A stretch of 64,000 nt of DNA from Bacteroidales bacterium UBA1715 (GCA_002317135.1 DCIX01000006.1:743-64742); one strand, 5' to 3'. Counted from the stretch's first letter, positions 1-9,938 are shown. Numbers and translations are program-made. The notes: a model not told the origin generated them from the letters alone.

Positions 1-267
1 CGTTCCTGTTCCTTCTGTGAAGCGAACTGTTACAGAATTCCCTATTGCTGTTTTCGAAGGATTAAAATCTGCGCCGCCTTCTATTGACCATTCATATACA
101 ACGTTTGAAGAAGATGCTAAAACTTCATACTGCAGGTAATCAATAGAAGAGATTGATTCCTTACAATCTGTTGGTAAACCTATTATCTCGAGGTTCTGGG
201 CATACGAACAGACCACCGCCAAAAGTAGTGCGATGATTGTTATTCCTATTTTATTTCTATACCTCAT
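1..267 (-). CDS. Secreted protein, N-terminal fragment (gene continues beyond left edge)
   Basis: Absent from the ORF track because it runs off the window. The reverse complement reads in frame from ATG (plus-strand cat at 265-267): MRYRNKIGITIIALLLAVVCSYAQNLEIIGLPTDCKES...YEWSIEGGADFNPSKTAIGNSVTVRFTEGTGT. It has a signal-peptide-like N-terminus. The start lies 50 nt downstream of the stop of the 318..2729 gene on the same strand. Confidence 0.6.
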   Translation of the reverse strand, partial: MRYRNKIGITIIALLLAVVCSYAQNLEIIGLPTDCKESISSIDYLQYEVLASSSNVVYEWSIEGGADFNPSKTAIGNSVTVRFTEGTGT

Positions 268-317
268 AGTTTTTATTTTTTTATTGTAGGGGTAAATAAT
301 CATTTTCTCCTACATTG

Positions 318-2729
318 TTATTGAATGACAACCTTCTTAACTTGTTGATTGCAATGCACAAAATACGTACCCGATGGCATGGAAACATTATTTTGCACCT
401 TTTGCCCTGCTACGTTGTATATTGCATAATCATCACAATTACATTCTATTTTTCCATTTAGTACACGGATTTGAATATCATCTGCAGAAACAGGGTCTAT
501 GGCACTGCCCCCATTGTTTACTATAAACTCTTGGCTTTGCACCATTTCAAATACTTCATCGTCTTCTGGCACTACTTTTATTACATAATTTGCTTCTATG
601 CTTTTCGGTAATGTTATAGAAAATGGCTCTCCCGATTTTATTTCCACGTTATCTTGCACCACTATAGTTGTGCCATTGACTTGCTCTACTAAAACCTTTG
701 CAGTATAGGTTTGATTTTCTGCATTGCTTATGGAGCATTGAATTGTGCCGTTTTCTTGCTTTTCAAATGAATATTCTAAGGTTTTTACCTTACGAATACC
801 TTTATATATTCTAAGCATATTACCAAGGGTGGGAATTCCATAAATGACATTATTGTCAGCCTTTGAAATTTTTTCAATAGGTGGATATTGTGAGACACTC
901 TCTTCATGCCATGTTTCTCCTCCATCTATGGAAACAAGCACCGTATCATTGGGATAATCCAAAGCGTCTGACAATGATGGAATTACTAACGTGTCTTTAG
1001 AATAAACCAACAAAGTTGAATACGTATACGCAGGAGCATAATACTCACTTCCTTGCCAAACCTTTTTGAAATTGTATTCAGTAGTATCGCAAGTATATAC
1101 ATGTCCATTAATTCTATCCATCAATATCCATTTCCCATCATGAAAAGCCGTGTTAATCCAAGCGATTCTATTTACATTATCTTCTGAAACAAGCGAATAT
1201 GTCAACTTTTTTTTAGAATTAACGTTTGCCAATAATATTGTCTTTGAATCATCACTTGGAAATAATCCAATATTCTTGCTTGCAAAGCAACCATAATGTA
1301 AAGAACCACCATAATTATAAAAATCGAAACTTAGATTTGTGACCTTCTCCCACGTGTCACCGCCATTGACAGTTTGATATAACTCATAATTGTCATAAAC
1401 ATATCCGAAACTTTCTGTAAAGAACTGCATATTTCTCACTTTTGTTCCCGAAAAATCATCTATGTGCATGTCTTTCCCACTCCACGATTTACCGCCATCA
1501 CGAGATATGAACAAACTATCTGTACTTGTCATATATATAACATCGTTAGGGAAAAACTGCATCTTGTATAATGTGGTATTGAAATCTTTGTAGTCCCATG
1601 TTTTACCACCATTTGAGGAATAAAACATTCTACCATTTTTTTGGCCTATTATAAAAATCTCGTTCTTGGATTTTACGAATATGTCTTTCCCTTCCATGTT
1701 CCCTTTGTATATATATGAATAACGAGTATTATTTAGGGCTGTGGTTGTCACATCAGTGGGCGGTGTGTATGTTTCTTTTGTAAACTGCCATGTCCGCATA
1801 CTATCAGTGGATATTATTTTATTATTATCAATATCATATCCTCCCGAAACAGTAGCCCAAACCTTACCGTTTCCTAAATCATACATAGACTTGGGAACAT
1901 TATAATATGCAATAACACCATTACCCCAATCATACATGTTTATTATTCGACAACGTTCCAATGTTTTGCTTATTTGACTTGATACAGTTAAAATAATGTA
2001 TCCGTTTTCAAATTGAAACAAGTGTTCTGGTGCAATTCTAAGTTGCTCGGCTTTCCATGTCATTCCGCCATCATTTGTCACACTATAGCCTACATTTGCA
2101 AAAACATATCCTAACTGATTGTTTACAAACGCCATATAAAAAGTTTTACTTTGTGGTAAAACTTCTTGGGAAAAAACATCATTTGTTGTCAAAGCCCATT
2201 TTTCTCCGTAATCTGAACTTTTATATATGGCAACTTTGTTTGAACTCGTGTCAAGCACTGTCAGAAAAACGGTTTGTTCGTCGCTCCATGCCGTTGTAAC
2301 AATTTTATCAGAATCTTTCAACTCTAACAATGAAGAAGTCCACGAATTGCCACCATCTACAGTGTAAAGCACGTTGTTAATATATTTTCCATTTTCGTTA
2401 GATACAGAAGCGAAAATTCCGTGAAGAGAATCTTTGGCAAATTTAAATGCCAAAGGTTGATATGAAACTTCATCTAATTTTGTAATTACATCTAACTTTT
2501 GCCCCTTTAGACTATATGTTTGTTCCCATGTCTTTCCCGTGTCAGATGACATTGCAAGCCAGCCTTCTTTTGTAGCAACGACAACATTTCCACCTTTTGT
2601 ACTCACAGATTGAGCTATTGTCATACTGAAATCGTTTGGGGTAATATCTTTCCATTCATACTCAAATATTTGAGAGTATAGTACACACGACATTATTGTC
2701 GTGATAAATAAAGCGACAATCTTTTTCAT
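318..2729 (-). CDS. BNR/Asp-box repeat beta-propeller protein with T9SS-type C-terminal sorting domain (paralogue 1)
   Basis: 803 aa with a signal peptide. Nine S-x-D-x-G-x-T-W type Asp-boxes (SSDTGKTW, TVDGGNSW, SSDYGEKW, TNDGGMTW, STDSMRTW, SNGGKTW, SRDGGKSW, TVNGGDTW, SIDGGETW). The C-terminal approx. 66 aa (..YAIYNVAGQKVQNNVSMPSGTYFVHCNQQVKKVVIQ) fits the Por_Secre_tail pattern. Confidence 0.8.
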   Translation of the reverse strand: MKKIVALFITTIMSCVLYSQIFEYEWKDITPNDFSMTIAQSVSTKGGNVVVATKEGWLAMSSDTGKTWEQTYSLKGQKLDVITKLDEVSYQPLAFKFAKDSLHGIFASVSNENGKYINNVLYTVDGGNSWTSSLLELKDSDKIVTTAWSDEQTVFLTVLDTSSNKVAIYKSSDYGEKWALTTNDVFSQEVLPQSKTFYMAFVNNQLGYVFANVGYSVTNDGGMTWKAEQLRIAPEHLFQFENGYIILTVSSQISKTLERCRIINMYDWGNGVIAYYNVPKSMYDLGNGKVWATVSGGYDIDNNKIISTDSMRTWQFTKETYTPPTDVTTTALNNTRYSYIYKGNMEGKDIFVKSKNEIFIIGQKNGRMFYSSNGGKTWDYKDFNTTLYKMQFFPNDVIYMTSTDSLFISRDGGKSWSGKDMHIDDFSGTKVRNMQFFTESFGYVYDNYELYQTVNGGDTWEKVTNLSFDFYNYGGSLHYGCFASKNIGLFPSDDSKTILLANVNSKKKLTYSLVSEDNVNRIAWINTAFHDGKWILMDRINGHVYTCDTTEYNFKKVWQGSEYYAPAYTYSTLLVYSKDTLVIPSLSDALDYPNDTVLVSIDGGETWHEESVSQYPPIEKISKADNNVIYGIPTLGNMLRIYKGIRKVKTLEYSFEKQENGTIQCSISNAENQTYTAKVLVEQVNGTTIVVQDNVEIKSGEPFSITLPKSIEANYVIKVVPEDDEVFEMVQSQEFIVNNGGSAIDPVSADDIQIRVLNGKIECNCDDYAIYNVAGQKVQNNVSMPSGTYFVHCNQQVKKVVIQ

Positions 2730-2819
2730 AGCATTAATTATTTTGGTTGTTTTGACAATTAGTTTGCTCCAATATCACCTCTGCCAATCTATCAATAATA
2801 CCTCATTGTTTTTCTTCTT

Positions 2820-5213
2820 TTATCTCACCACAACTTTTTCTATTTGTGTTCCGCATTGCACAGAATATGTTCCTGTTGGCAACGATATGTTGTTTTGCAT
2901 TTTTTGCCCAGTTACATTGTAAATAACATAATTCTCGCAATTGCATCGTATTATTCTGTTTTCTACACGAATTTCCATGTTATCAGAAGACATAGCTTCT
3001 ATGGCACTACTGCCACCATGTACTATAAACTCTTGGCTCTGCACTGTTTCAAATATTTCATCGTCTTCTGGCACTACTTTTATTATATAATTTGCATCTA
3101 TGTTTTTGGGTAATGTTATCACAAACGCTTCTCCCGATTTTATTTCCACGTTATCTTGCACCACTATAGTTGTGCCATTGACTTGCTCTACAACTATTTT
3201 TGCAGTATAGGTTTGATTGTCTGCGTTGCTTATGGAACATTGGATTGTTCCGTTTTCTTGCTTCTCAAATGAAGAATCTGAGGTTTTTACTTTATGTATA
3301 CCTTTACAAATTGTTAAATTATATCCTATTTTGCACGCATATACAACATTTGCATCGTTACTTTTACCTATACGTAGTAAATTTGGCATTTCAAAAGGAA
3401 CAACTTCCCAATTATACCCACCGTCACTACTGTACATTGCAGAAGTAACAGGATACAAATTGTTCTCGGAGATAATCGGCAACAATATTTTCCCATTTTT
3501 ATAATCGAGAATTGTTTGACTATATTTGTTCGCTCCATTATTATAGTCTTGAGGTGGTAACGAAGCCAACTTGAAATTTAAAGTCATCGTATCACAAACA
3601 TAAATATAACCTTGTTTTCTGTCCTCTATAATCCAATTACCAGAATCTGTGTAAAAATCTATTGTTAACTGTGGATATTTCCCTTGTATTTCATTATCTG
3701 TTAATACAGAATATGTCATGGTATTTCTTTCGGTATCTACCTTGCCAATAAAGATTGTTTTAGAATCTTCACTTCGAAATAATCCGAGACGTTCATTTGC
3801 AAAGCAACCATTTAAAGTACCTCCATAATCATAGAAATCATCATTAGTAATCCAAACACGATTCCATGTGTCACCACCGTCAGTTGTTTGATAGAGGTGG
3901 TATTCGTCATAAATATAGCCAAGCTGATCCGTGAAAAATTGGATACTCGTTTCTCCAAATATATTAGAGAGATTCAGTTTTTTCCCCTTCCATTCTTTCC
4001 CACCATCTTTGGAAACGTATAAACTATCCGCACTTGCTATATAGATCACATTGTCAGAAATAATTTGCATTGTATATAAAGTGGTGTTGAAATCCTTATA
4101 AGACCATGTTTTCCCTCCGTCTATTGTATGAAACAATCGTCCATTAGACTGTTTCCCCATTATGAAACACTCATCTTTTGATTTTACAAACAGCCCTTTT
4201 GTCTCTATATTTCCCCCATAAATATACTTTGATAATCCTTCATTTAACACATCTTTTTCTTTTGGACAAAAATCATTCGTTTTTTGCCACGTTTTCAAAC
4301 TATCAGAAGAAGAAATATATCGAGAACCATTATATCCTCCTGAAACGGAAGCCCAAACATAACCATTGCCAAGGTCACACACACGATTAGGAACCTCATA
4401 ATACTTAAATGATCCATCTGTTTGGTCAAACATATTTATTATTCTACACCCAGACAAGGTCTTGTTAATAGAATTTGTTACCGTTAGTATAATATAGCCA
4501 TTATTGAATTGGTATAAGTACGCAGGGGTAATGTTTAATTCAGTTCGTTCCCATGACACTCCTCCATTGTTTGTTACATAATACCCTCCAGATGTAAATA
4601 AGTATCCCAATTGTTCATTAACAAATGCCATGTAAATGGATGGCTCTGTTTTTTGAAATGATATATTACCTGTAATTTTCTCCCAATTACAACCTGCGTC
4701 TTTACTGGAATACAAATATAATTCTTTGAGAGAAGAGTTATATACTGTAGCGAAAAATGTGTTTTCGTTTTTCCAGACGATATTTGTTACTTTGTTTTCA
4801 GATTCCAAATTTGACAACGTTCGTTTCCACGTATGACCTTCATCAGACGTATATAATAATACGTTTGTAGAGTCACTTTCGTTTTTCCCTATAGCATAAT
4901 ATATACCATGTATAGAATCTTTTGAAAACGATAAAAGTTCGGGAACACAATTGTCAAATATTTTCTCTCCATCGTTTATTCCGCCACGTAGAACATCATA
5001 AGTTATATTCCATGTTTTACATGTATCTGACGATTCCGCAAGCCACCCTTGTTTTGTCGCTACAATAATATTACCGTTTTTAGTAATTGCACCTTGAGAA
5101 ACCGTCATAGTTGAATATTGAGGGGTTATCCATTCCCATTCATAACTCCATGGTTGCGCATATATAAATAAATATACGAAAAAAGAATACATTAAAATTA
5201 TTACTCGTTTCAT
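2820..5213 (-). CDS. BNR/Asp-box repeat beta-propeller protein with T9SS-type C-terminal sorting domain (paralogue 2)
   Basis: 797 aa, colinear with the 318..2729 product. Asp-boxes include SSDTCKTW, TSDEGHTW, SKDAGCNW, TNNGGVSW, SSDSLKTW, TIDGGKTW, SKDGGKEW, TTDGGDTW and SSDGGYNW. The C-terminal tail is ..YVIYNVTGQKMQNNISLPTGTYSVQCGTQIEKVVVR. Confidence 0.8.
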   Translation of the reverse strand: MKRVIILMYSFFVYLFIYAQPWSYEWEWITPQYSTMTVSQGAITKNGNIIVATKQGWLAESSDTCKTWNITYDVLRGGINDGEKIFDNCVPELLSFSKDSIHGIYYAIGKNESDSTNVLLYTSDEGHTWKRTLSNLESENKVTNIVWKNENTFFATVYNSSLKELYLYSSKDAGCNWEKITGNISFQKTEPSIYMAFVNEQLGYLFTSGGYYVTNNGGVSWERTELNITPAYLYQFNNGYIILTVTNSINKTLSGCRIINMFDQTDGSFKYYEVPNRVCDLGNGYVWASVSGGYNGSRYISSSDSLKTWQKTNDFCPKEKDVLNEGLSKYIYGGNIETKGLFVKSKDECFIMGKQSNGRLFHTIDGGKTWSYKDFNTTLYTMQIISDNVIYIASADSLYVSKDGGKEWKGKKLNLSNIFGETSIQFFTDQLGYIYDEYHLYQTTDGGDTWNRVWITNDDFYDYGGTLNGCFANERLGLFRSEDSKTIFIGKVDTERNTMTYSVLTDNEIQGKYPQLTIDFYTDSGNWIIEDRKQGYIYVCDTMTLNFKLASLPPQDYNNGANKYSQTILDYKNGKILLPIISENNLYPVTSAMYSSDGGYNWEVVPFEMPNLLRIGKSNDANVVYACKIGYNLTICKGIHKVKTSDSSFEKQENGTIQCSISNADNQTYTAKIVVEQVNGTTIVVQDNVEIKSGEAFVITLPKNIDANYIIKVVPEDDEIFETVQSQEFIVHGGSSAIEAMSSDNMEIRVENRIIRCNCENYVIYNVTGQKMQNNISLPTGTYSVQCGTQIEKVVVR

Positions 5214-5215
5214 GG

Positions 5216-8200
5216 CTATTTGTCTTTATAGTGTTCTAAAATAAGGTGTGCCAACATTTCTATGTCTATACTATTGATTGTTCCATCCTTGTTTATATCG
5301 GCATTATTAAGGAAACAACTATTGAGCGTATAGGTTGTTTCACCACAGTTAGACTGAATTGTTATCGTAAATCCACCATCAGAAGCAGGTTGTAATGTTG
5401 CACTATTTTGTACATAACTTCGTAATACCTCTAAATCTTCCAATGTATAACCTGTTTTTCCATCTATAACAACTAAATCATCTTCTTCACAAGTTATAGT
5501 ATTGCAATTTTCGACCTCAAAGGTAATGCTTGCTGTAAGTGTGTCACATTGGTTTGCAATAGTGTATTGATACTGGTATGTCCCACATTTATTATCATCA
5601 GGTTTACTAATTGGTGTCAATGTACCATTAATATCGCTTTCTGCATGAATAATCTGTTCTCCCATTGTATTCCAATCGGAATATTGGATTTTCCCATTAG
5701 TAATAGTATCGGTACCTACTACTAATAACAATTGAGGTTGTGTTAGACGTTCCACAAATGTAATAGTGTGTTCTGCCGTAGCCGAACATTCGCCAACATA
5801 TCCCGTTACGTGATACATTGTTTTAGGGTAAGCTACACTTATTGTTGCATCTGTTGTATTATCATCCCAAATATAAGTGTTTGCTCCTGAAGCGGTCAAA
5901 ATAACTTCGTTACCAACACATACTGTGTTGTCACCTGTAATAGTCACAATTACAGGTTGGCGTAAACGTTGTAATTCAATAGTATCACAATCCGTTTGAG
6001 CACGTACTGTGCAAGTTTCCGTTCCACAATCGCTTCCTACTTCAATAGGGACTTCTGCATAAGCAAATGCTTTGGAGTCTTTTGGACATGGCTTATTTTC
6101 TTGCACGGTTAATGTAAAAGTACGGGATTCCCCAACAGGGACTACGTAGCCAACAGGGGCGGTTAATGTTGCTTCTATTGCTCCATTCGATTTCTGTTCT
6201 GTTAGCAATGAAAATCCCTTGATAGATGAACTTCCACTTGGAGTAGTCACAATTAATCCGTCAGGCAATTTTACACCAACAACAAGATTATCCAATGGTT
6301 TTAATGAATTATTTGTCACTGTCACTACAATTTGTCCTTCTGCAATGCCTTCCGACTGAATAGCAGTAAACGGGGAACTTGAAGCCGTTATACCTACCAT
6401 TTGTATTTGATCAAGTCCTTCTAATGGCAGATGATATAAGAATCGTTGTTCTTGTAGTTCTCCACAATTACCTAAAGCAGAAACCTTAAATGTAAATGGT
6501 GTAAGAACCGTGGTAGTGTCGCAAATTGCAATTAAATTAAAATCTATAGATATTATATCGTCTTCTGAATCTCTTGAAGATAAAGCTGCACTTTTATCCT
6601 GTTGAGAAGATAAAATATACTGCGAAATAAAAGAAATTGTATCTATATCATTTGCAATATCGTCAAAAATTACGCCAAGAGTATCATATTTAATATCAAT
6701 GTTGTCATATTGATAATTTGTATGTATTAAATTATTTGCAATAGATACTCCTTTGAAATTACTTTGCTCAAATGAAAGTCCTATATTTGTAAGATTTGCC
6801 CGTCCAGAATTGTATATGTCAAGATGTATGGGGATTTCTTGACATAATTTAAATACTTCTTCATTTGGATACCTTGATTCTGCAACAAGAATTGCTTCCA
6901 TATTTTCAAGTTCTAACTGTGTAAAAAAATTATTACAGTTCCGTATTTCAAACTCTTCGGCAATGTTTGCATTATTCATAATATCTTCACAAGTCCAAAT
7001 TGCAGTCACATCCAAGTAACTTGTTCCTTCTCCAGTGCAACCACTCATTGTAACAGATACTCTTACTGGTGTGTTATTATTTATGTTAATATCGTTGATA
7101 TTAACATAATGAATACCACTTTGAGCTGGGGATTCTATACTTGAATGCAGAATCCCATTGACTAAAATTCTTTCTATGTGTAATCTTGTAACATTATTAT
7201 CATTCGGTTTAATTCGTAAAGTTACGTTTGGAGCATCTGCGTTACCTGTGTTTTTTACAAATACATTCCATGTTGTAAGTCTAGAAACACTCTGTTCTAC
7301 AGAAGAGTTCATTTCTATAATAGGAGCGTATATAGTCCGTGCAGGAGCAAGGTCATGAGTAAACGTTTCATTTTCTGAACATGAAGCATAGTAATCACTG
7401 TATGTATATGAACCGTGCAATGTACTATCAAGTTGTTGATTTGTAATGCATAAAGCACGAACCTCCTTGCTATAGCGTGCCTCTAAAGTAGTACTTTTAG
7501 TACGATAGCCAATTAAAGATAAATCCTCTTCGTACGCTTGACCTACCTCTGATGTTGTTGTATAATAAAACCCTTCAACAGCAGGAAGCTTAACATTGAG
7601 TAATCGTAGAGGATGGTTCTTTATAGATTCTGCAGCTTGGGTGGTTGTTAGAGAAACAAGTATATTTTCTTGAACCCTCGTTGCATACATTGTAGAAAAA
7701 TTGTGGCGAGGCTCTGGATCATAAACCACTAAAGGAAACCCTTTACTATTCGCTGTATGAATATTGTTTCCTTCATCGATAACAGCAAATTCTACTCGTA
7801 GGTTACAGTCGTTTCTATCGGGAAGAGAATGGTCGCCTTTTACAAAGACCTCTGCTGTCAGCTGTAGTGGAGTATGGTTTAAAGTGCCTGAACATGGAAA
7901 CATCAGGTCGTTTGATGTCCAAGCAATACCATTATTAATCGCATTTTCACTCGTTGTCGCTATAGTATATGAAGAACCATTTACAGAAATAGAACACGAA
8001 ATAGATTCAAATTGCAACTTTCCTTCTAAATCGTATACCCGTGCAATAATTCTCCGTGGCTTGGGACATGTATCGTTGCACCAATAGGATAATTCACCTG
8101 TGGCATTGATTGTCACGGGCTCACATGTATTTATTTCTTGAGGAACGGCTGGTGTCACCTCTAGCGTACGGGCAGAAATACAAGATTTTCCCTGTAAGGT

Positions 8201-9880
8201 ATCTGGACATTCAACAATGGAATTCCCAATTTTGCTATCGCTGATATAGTAATCGTCGCAATCATTGGTTTTTATCACCAAATTAAACAATTGCGGAATT
8301 TCACAAGAAGCTGTAATCGTTATGTCATCTGAAGATTTTATGTTCTTATCAGTTCTTTCGTATCTTTTTACTATTGAGCTATCATACTGAATACCTACAT
8401 AATCAACATCCAAAAAACCAACTAATGGTTGATAAAAACCACTGGAAGATAAATTTACATCAACATGATATGTTGCAGGATCGCCACCTTTACTATCTGT
8501 TGGAGAAACAACAGAAAAGGAATTTAAATTAAGACGGCTTGTGGCAGAATAAGAATCCATTTTTGTGATTCCATCTATAGACTCACCTTGTAGAATAATC
8601 CAAAACATTACATTGTCAACATTTTTAGTAAGTCTCGCCTTAACACGAATTGTACAGCTATCCTGAGGTTTTAAATCAGGCGTGCCGTCACCATCTATGT
8701 CTGCGGTTGGAAGTAAATAGTTTTTCCGTGAGTCTGGAAGTATTTCTGAGCCATTGCATAGTACAGAGGTTACAGTATAATTAGTTCCATTTCTTGAAAA
8801 ATAAAAATATGCATTTCTTAGAGTGTTTGTTAAATCTGTATTTTGTGTGGCGTTTTTTATAACAATATCACAGATAAATTCCCTGCCACAGTAATTTGCT
8901 TTTTGTATGATTTCCGATGTAATGTTCAGTGTTACATTAGGTTCTTGACAATGATAGTCACAAATTGCCGATGCATTTATTTGTTCATTACATACTTCAG
9001 AGCCATTCTTTACTTGTGCAAGATATTTCGCTTGTGTTTGTAAATAGAATTTCGTTGGAATGAAAGAAACTGCAACTCTTAGTTGTTTATTTGCATCAAA
9101 TGTATCACCCAAGCCCGCTTGTTGGAAATCGGAAGAAGAAAGGTCAATGTAATATTTCCCATCTTCTACTTCTGCGTTTCGGAACTGTCCTCCAACAACA
9201 GAAAATTTAACATCTGAAAATGCATCAACATTTTGCATAAGTAGCATTGCCACACGCAAATTGGAAATAGAACCTGCACCTGCTGTGTTCCTTATAGTAA
9301 ATGTATCTGTCACAGGTGTTTGCCAAACAATATTTTTTACATTGTTATGGGTGTTAGCATTTCCAACACCAATCGTAAGAGATAAACTCGGAACTTCTAA
9401 TTTAAAGTCATCTGTTTCTTTCACCAAGGTTTTTACAGTATCGTGTTCCGAATAATTTATATTTAATGTATTCCAAAAAGATACAGAAAATTGATTAGAA
9501 ATGTTTGTTGGAATAGCATCGCAATTCGCTCGTATGCAGTAATTTAAAATATAAGACTCTGAAGGTCTTAACGTATCGTTTAACTGCATTGAAACTGAGT
9601 TAGACGCCAATGTTGTCCTGTTTTTTACCAAAGACAACGAAACCAAATCAAAACCTTCAGGTATTTGTAGTTGCATATTATCAATAATCATATTGCTGCC
9701 ATCTGTAGCACTATTGGTAATGTTCGTAACAAAACGGGCTTGCTCATTTCCTGCAAAATTTATTGGTTTAGAAGGATTGGTAGTTGCGACATTCAATGCC
9801 GTTTGTTGTTGCTGAGCAAATGCAACACTAAAGATTCCAACTACAAAACAAATAGTTAAAAGTAGATTTTTAAAATTCAT
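5216..9880 (-). CDS. Giant Cys-rich secreted/surface protein with CARDB/DUF11-like repeats, Ig-like module and C-terminal dockerin-like Ca-binding repeat
   Basis: 1554 aa with signal peptide MNFKNLLLTICFVVGIFSVAFAQ. CARDB/DUF11-like strings are present (VKNTGNADAPNVTLRI, VTVTNNSLKPLDNLVVGVKLPDGL, IYNSGRANLTNIGL). It has an ITGDNTVCVGNEVILTASGANTYIWD Ig-like motif. The tail is DINKDGTINSIDIEMLAHLIL. The stop lies 2 nt upstream of the next gene's start. Confidence 0.75.
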   Translation of the reverse strand: MNFKNLLLTICFVVGIFSVAFAQQQQTALNVATTNPSKPINFAGNEQARFVTNITNSATDGSNMIIDNMQLQIPEGFDLVSLSLVKNRTTLASNSVSMQLNDTLRPSESYILNYCIRANCDAIPTNISNQFSVSFWNTLNINYSEHDTVKTLVKETDDFKLEVPSLSLTIGVGNANTHNNVKNIVWQTPVTDTFTIRNTAGAGSISNLRVAMLLMQNVDAFSDVKFSVVGGQFRNAEVEDGKYYIDLSSSDFQQAGLGDTFDANKQLRVAVSFIPTKFYLQTQAKYLAQVKNGSEVCNEQINASAICDYHCQEPNVTLNITSEIIQKANYCGREFICDIVIKNATQNTDLTNTLRNAYFYFSRNGTNYTVTSVLCNGSEILPDSRKNYLLPTADIDGDGTPDLKPQDSCTIRVKARLTKNVDNVMFWIILQGESIDGITKMDSYSATSRLNLNSFSVVSPTDSKGGDPATYHVDVNLSSSGFYQPLVGFLDVDYVGIQYDSSIVKRYERTDKNIKSSDDITITASCEIPQLFNLVIKTNDCDDYYISDSKIGNSIVECPDTLQGKSCISARTLEVTPAVPQEINTCEPVTINATGELSYWCNDTCPKPRRIIARVYDLEGKLQFESISCSISVNGSSYTIATTSENAINNGIAWTSNDLMFPCSGTLNHTPLQLTAEVFVKGDHSLPDRNDCNLRVEFAVIDEGNNIHTANSKGFPLVVYDPEPRHNFSTMYATRVQENILVSLTTTQAAESIKNHPLRLLNVKLPAVEGFYYTTTSEVGQAYEEDLSLIGYRTKSTTLEARYSKEVRALCITNQQLDSTLHGSYTYSDYYASCSENETFTHDLAPARTIYAPIIEMNSSVEQSVSRLTTWNVFVKNTGNADAPNVTLRIKPNDNNVTRLHIERILVNGILHSSIESPAQSGIHYVNINDININNNTPVRVSVTMSGCTGEGTSYLDVTAIWTCEDIMNNANIAEEFEIRNCNNFFTQLELENMEAILVAESRYPNEEVFKLCQEIPIHLDIYNSGRANLTNIGLSFEQSNFKGVSIANNLIHTNYQYDNIDIKYDTLGVIFDDIANDIDTISFISQYILSSQQDKSAALSSRDSEDDIISIDFNLIAICDTTTVLTPFTFKVSALGNCGELQEQRFLYHLPLEGLDQIQMVGITASSSPFTAIQSEGIAEGQIVVTVTNNSLKPLDNLVVGVKLPDGLIVTTPSGSSSIKGFSLLTEQKSNGAIEATLTAPVGYVVPVGESRTFTLTVQENKPCPKDSKAFAYAEVPIEVGSDCGTETCTVRAQTDCDTIELQRLRQPVIVTITGDNTVCVGNEVILTASGANTYIWDDNTTDATISVAYPKTMYHVTGYVGECSATAEHTITFVERLTQPQLLLVVGTDTITNGKIQYSDWNTMGEQIIHAESDINGTLTPISKPDDNKCGTYQYQYTIANQCDTLTASITFEVENCNTITCEEDDLVVIDGKTGYTLEDLEVLRSYVQNSATLQPASDGGFTITIQSNCGETTYTLNSCFLNNADINKDGTINSIDIEMLAHLILEHYKDK

Positions 9881-9886
9881 AATATT

Positions 9887-9938
9887 TTCCAGAATAAAGA
9901 TTTTCGTATCAAAGATATGTAATTTTATCCAGAATAAA
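9887..9938. repeat. Direct repeat TxTCCAGAATAAA x2, spaced 40 bp, flanking the candidate -7 box of the surface operon
   Basis: ccagaataaa occurs at 9889-9898 and at 9929-9938, with the preceding t.t also shared. It sits in the 381-bp intergenic region immediately upstream of the 9880 start codon. Confidence 0.5.
9910..9917 (-). promoter_or_regulatory. Candidate Bacteroidota -7 promoter element (TAnnTTTG) for the surface operon
   Basis: The minus strand reads TATCTTTG, ending 29 nt upstream of the ATG at 9880. Confidence 0.35.

Noticed and set aside
2701-3504. Small plus-strand ORFs (73-95 aa) across the junction of the two BNR genes
   Set aside because: They are antisense to the BNR coding sequence and are hydrophobic, low-complexity products of AT-rich sequence. 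No support.
318-5213. Possibility that the conserved and variable pattern of the BNR paralogues reflects a diversity-generating retroelement
   Set aside because: No reverse transcriptase, template repeat or adenine-specific mismatch pattern is visible in the window. The conserved block differs at all base types.
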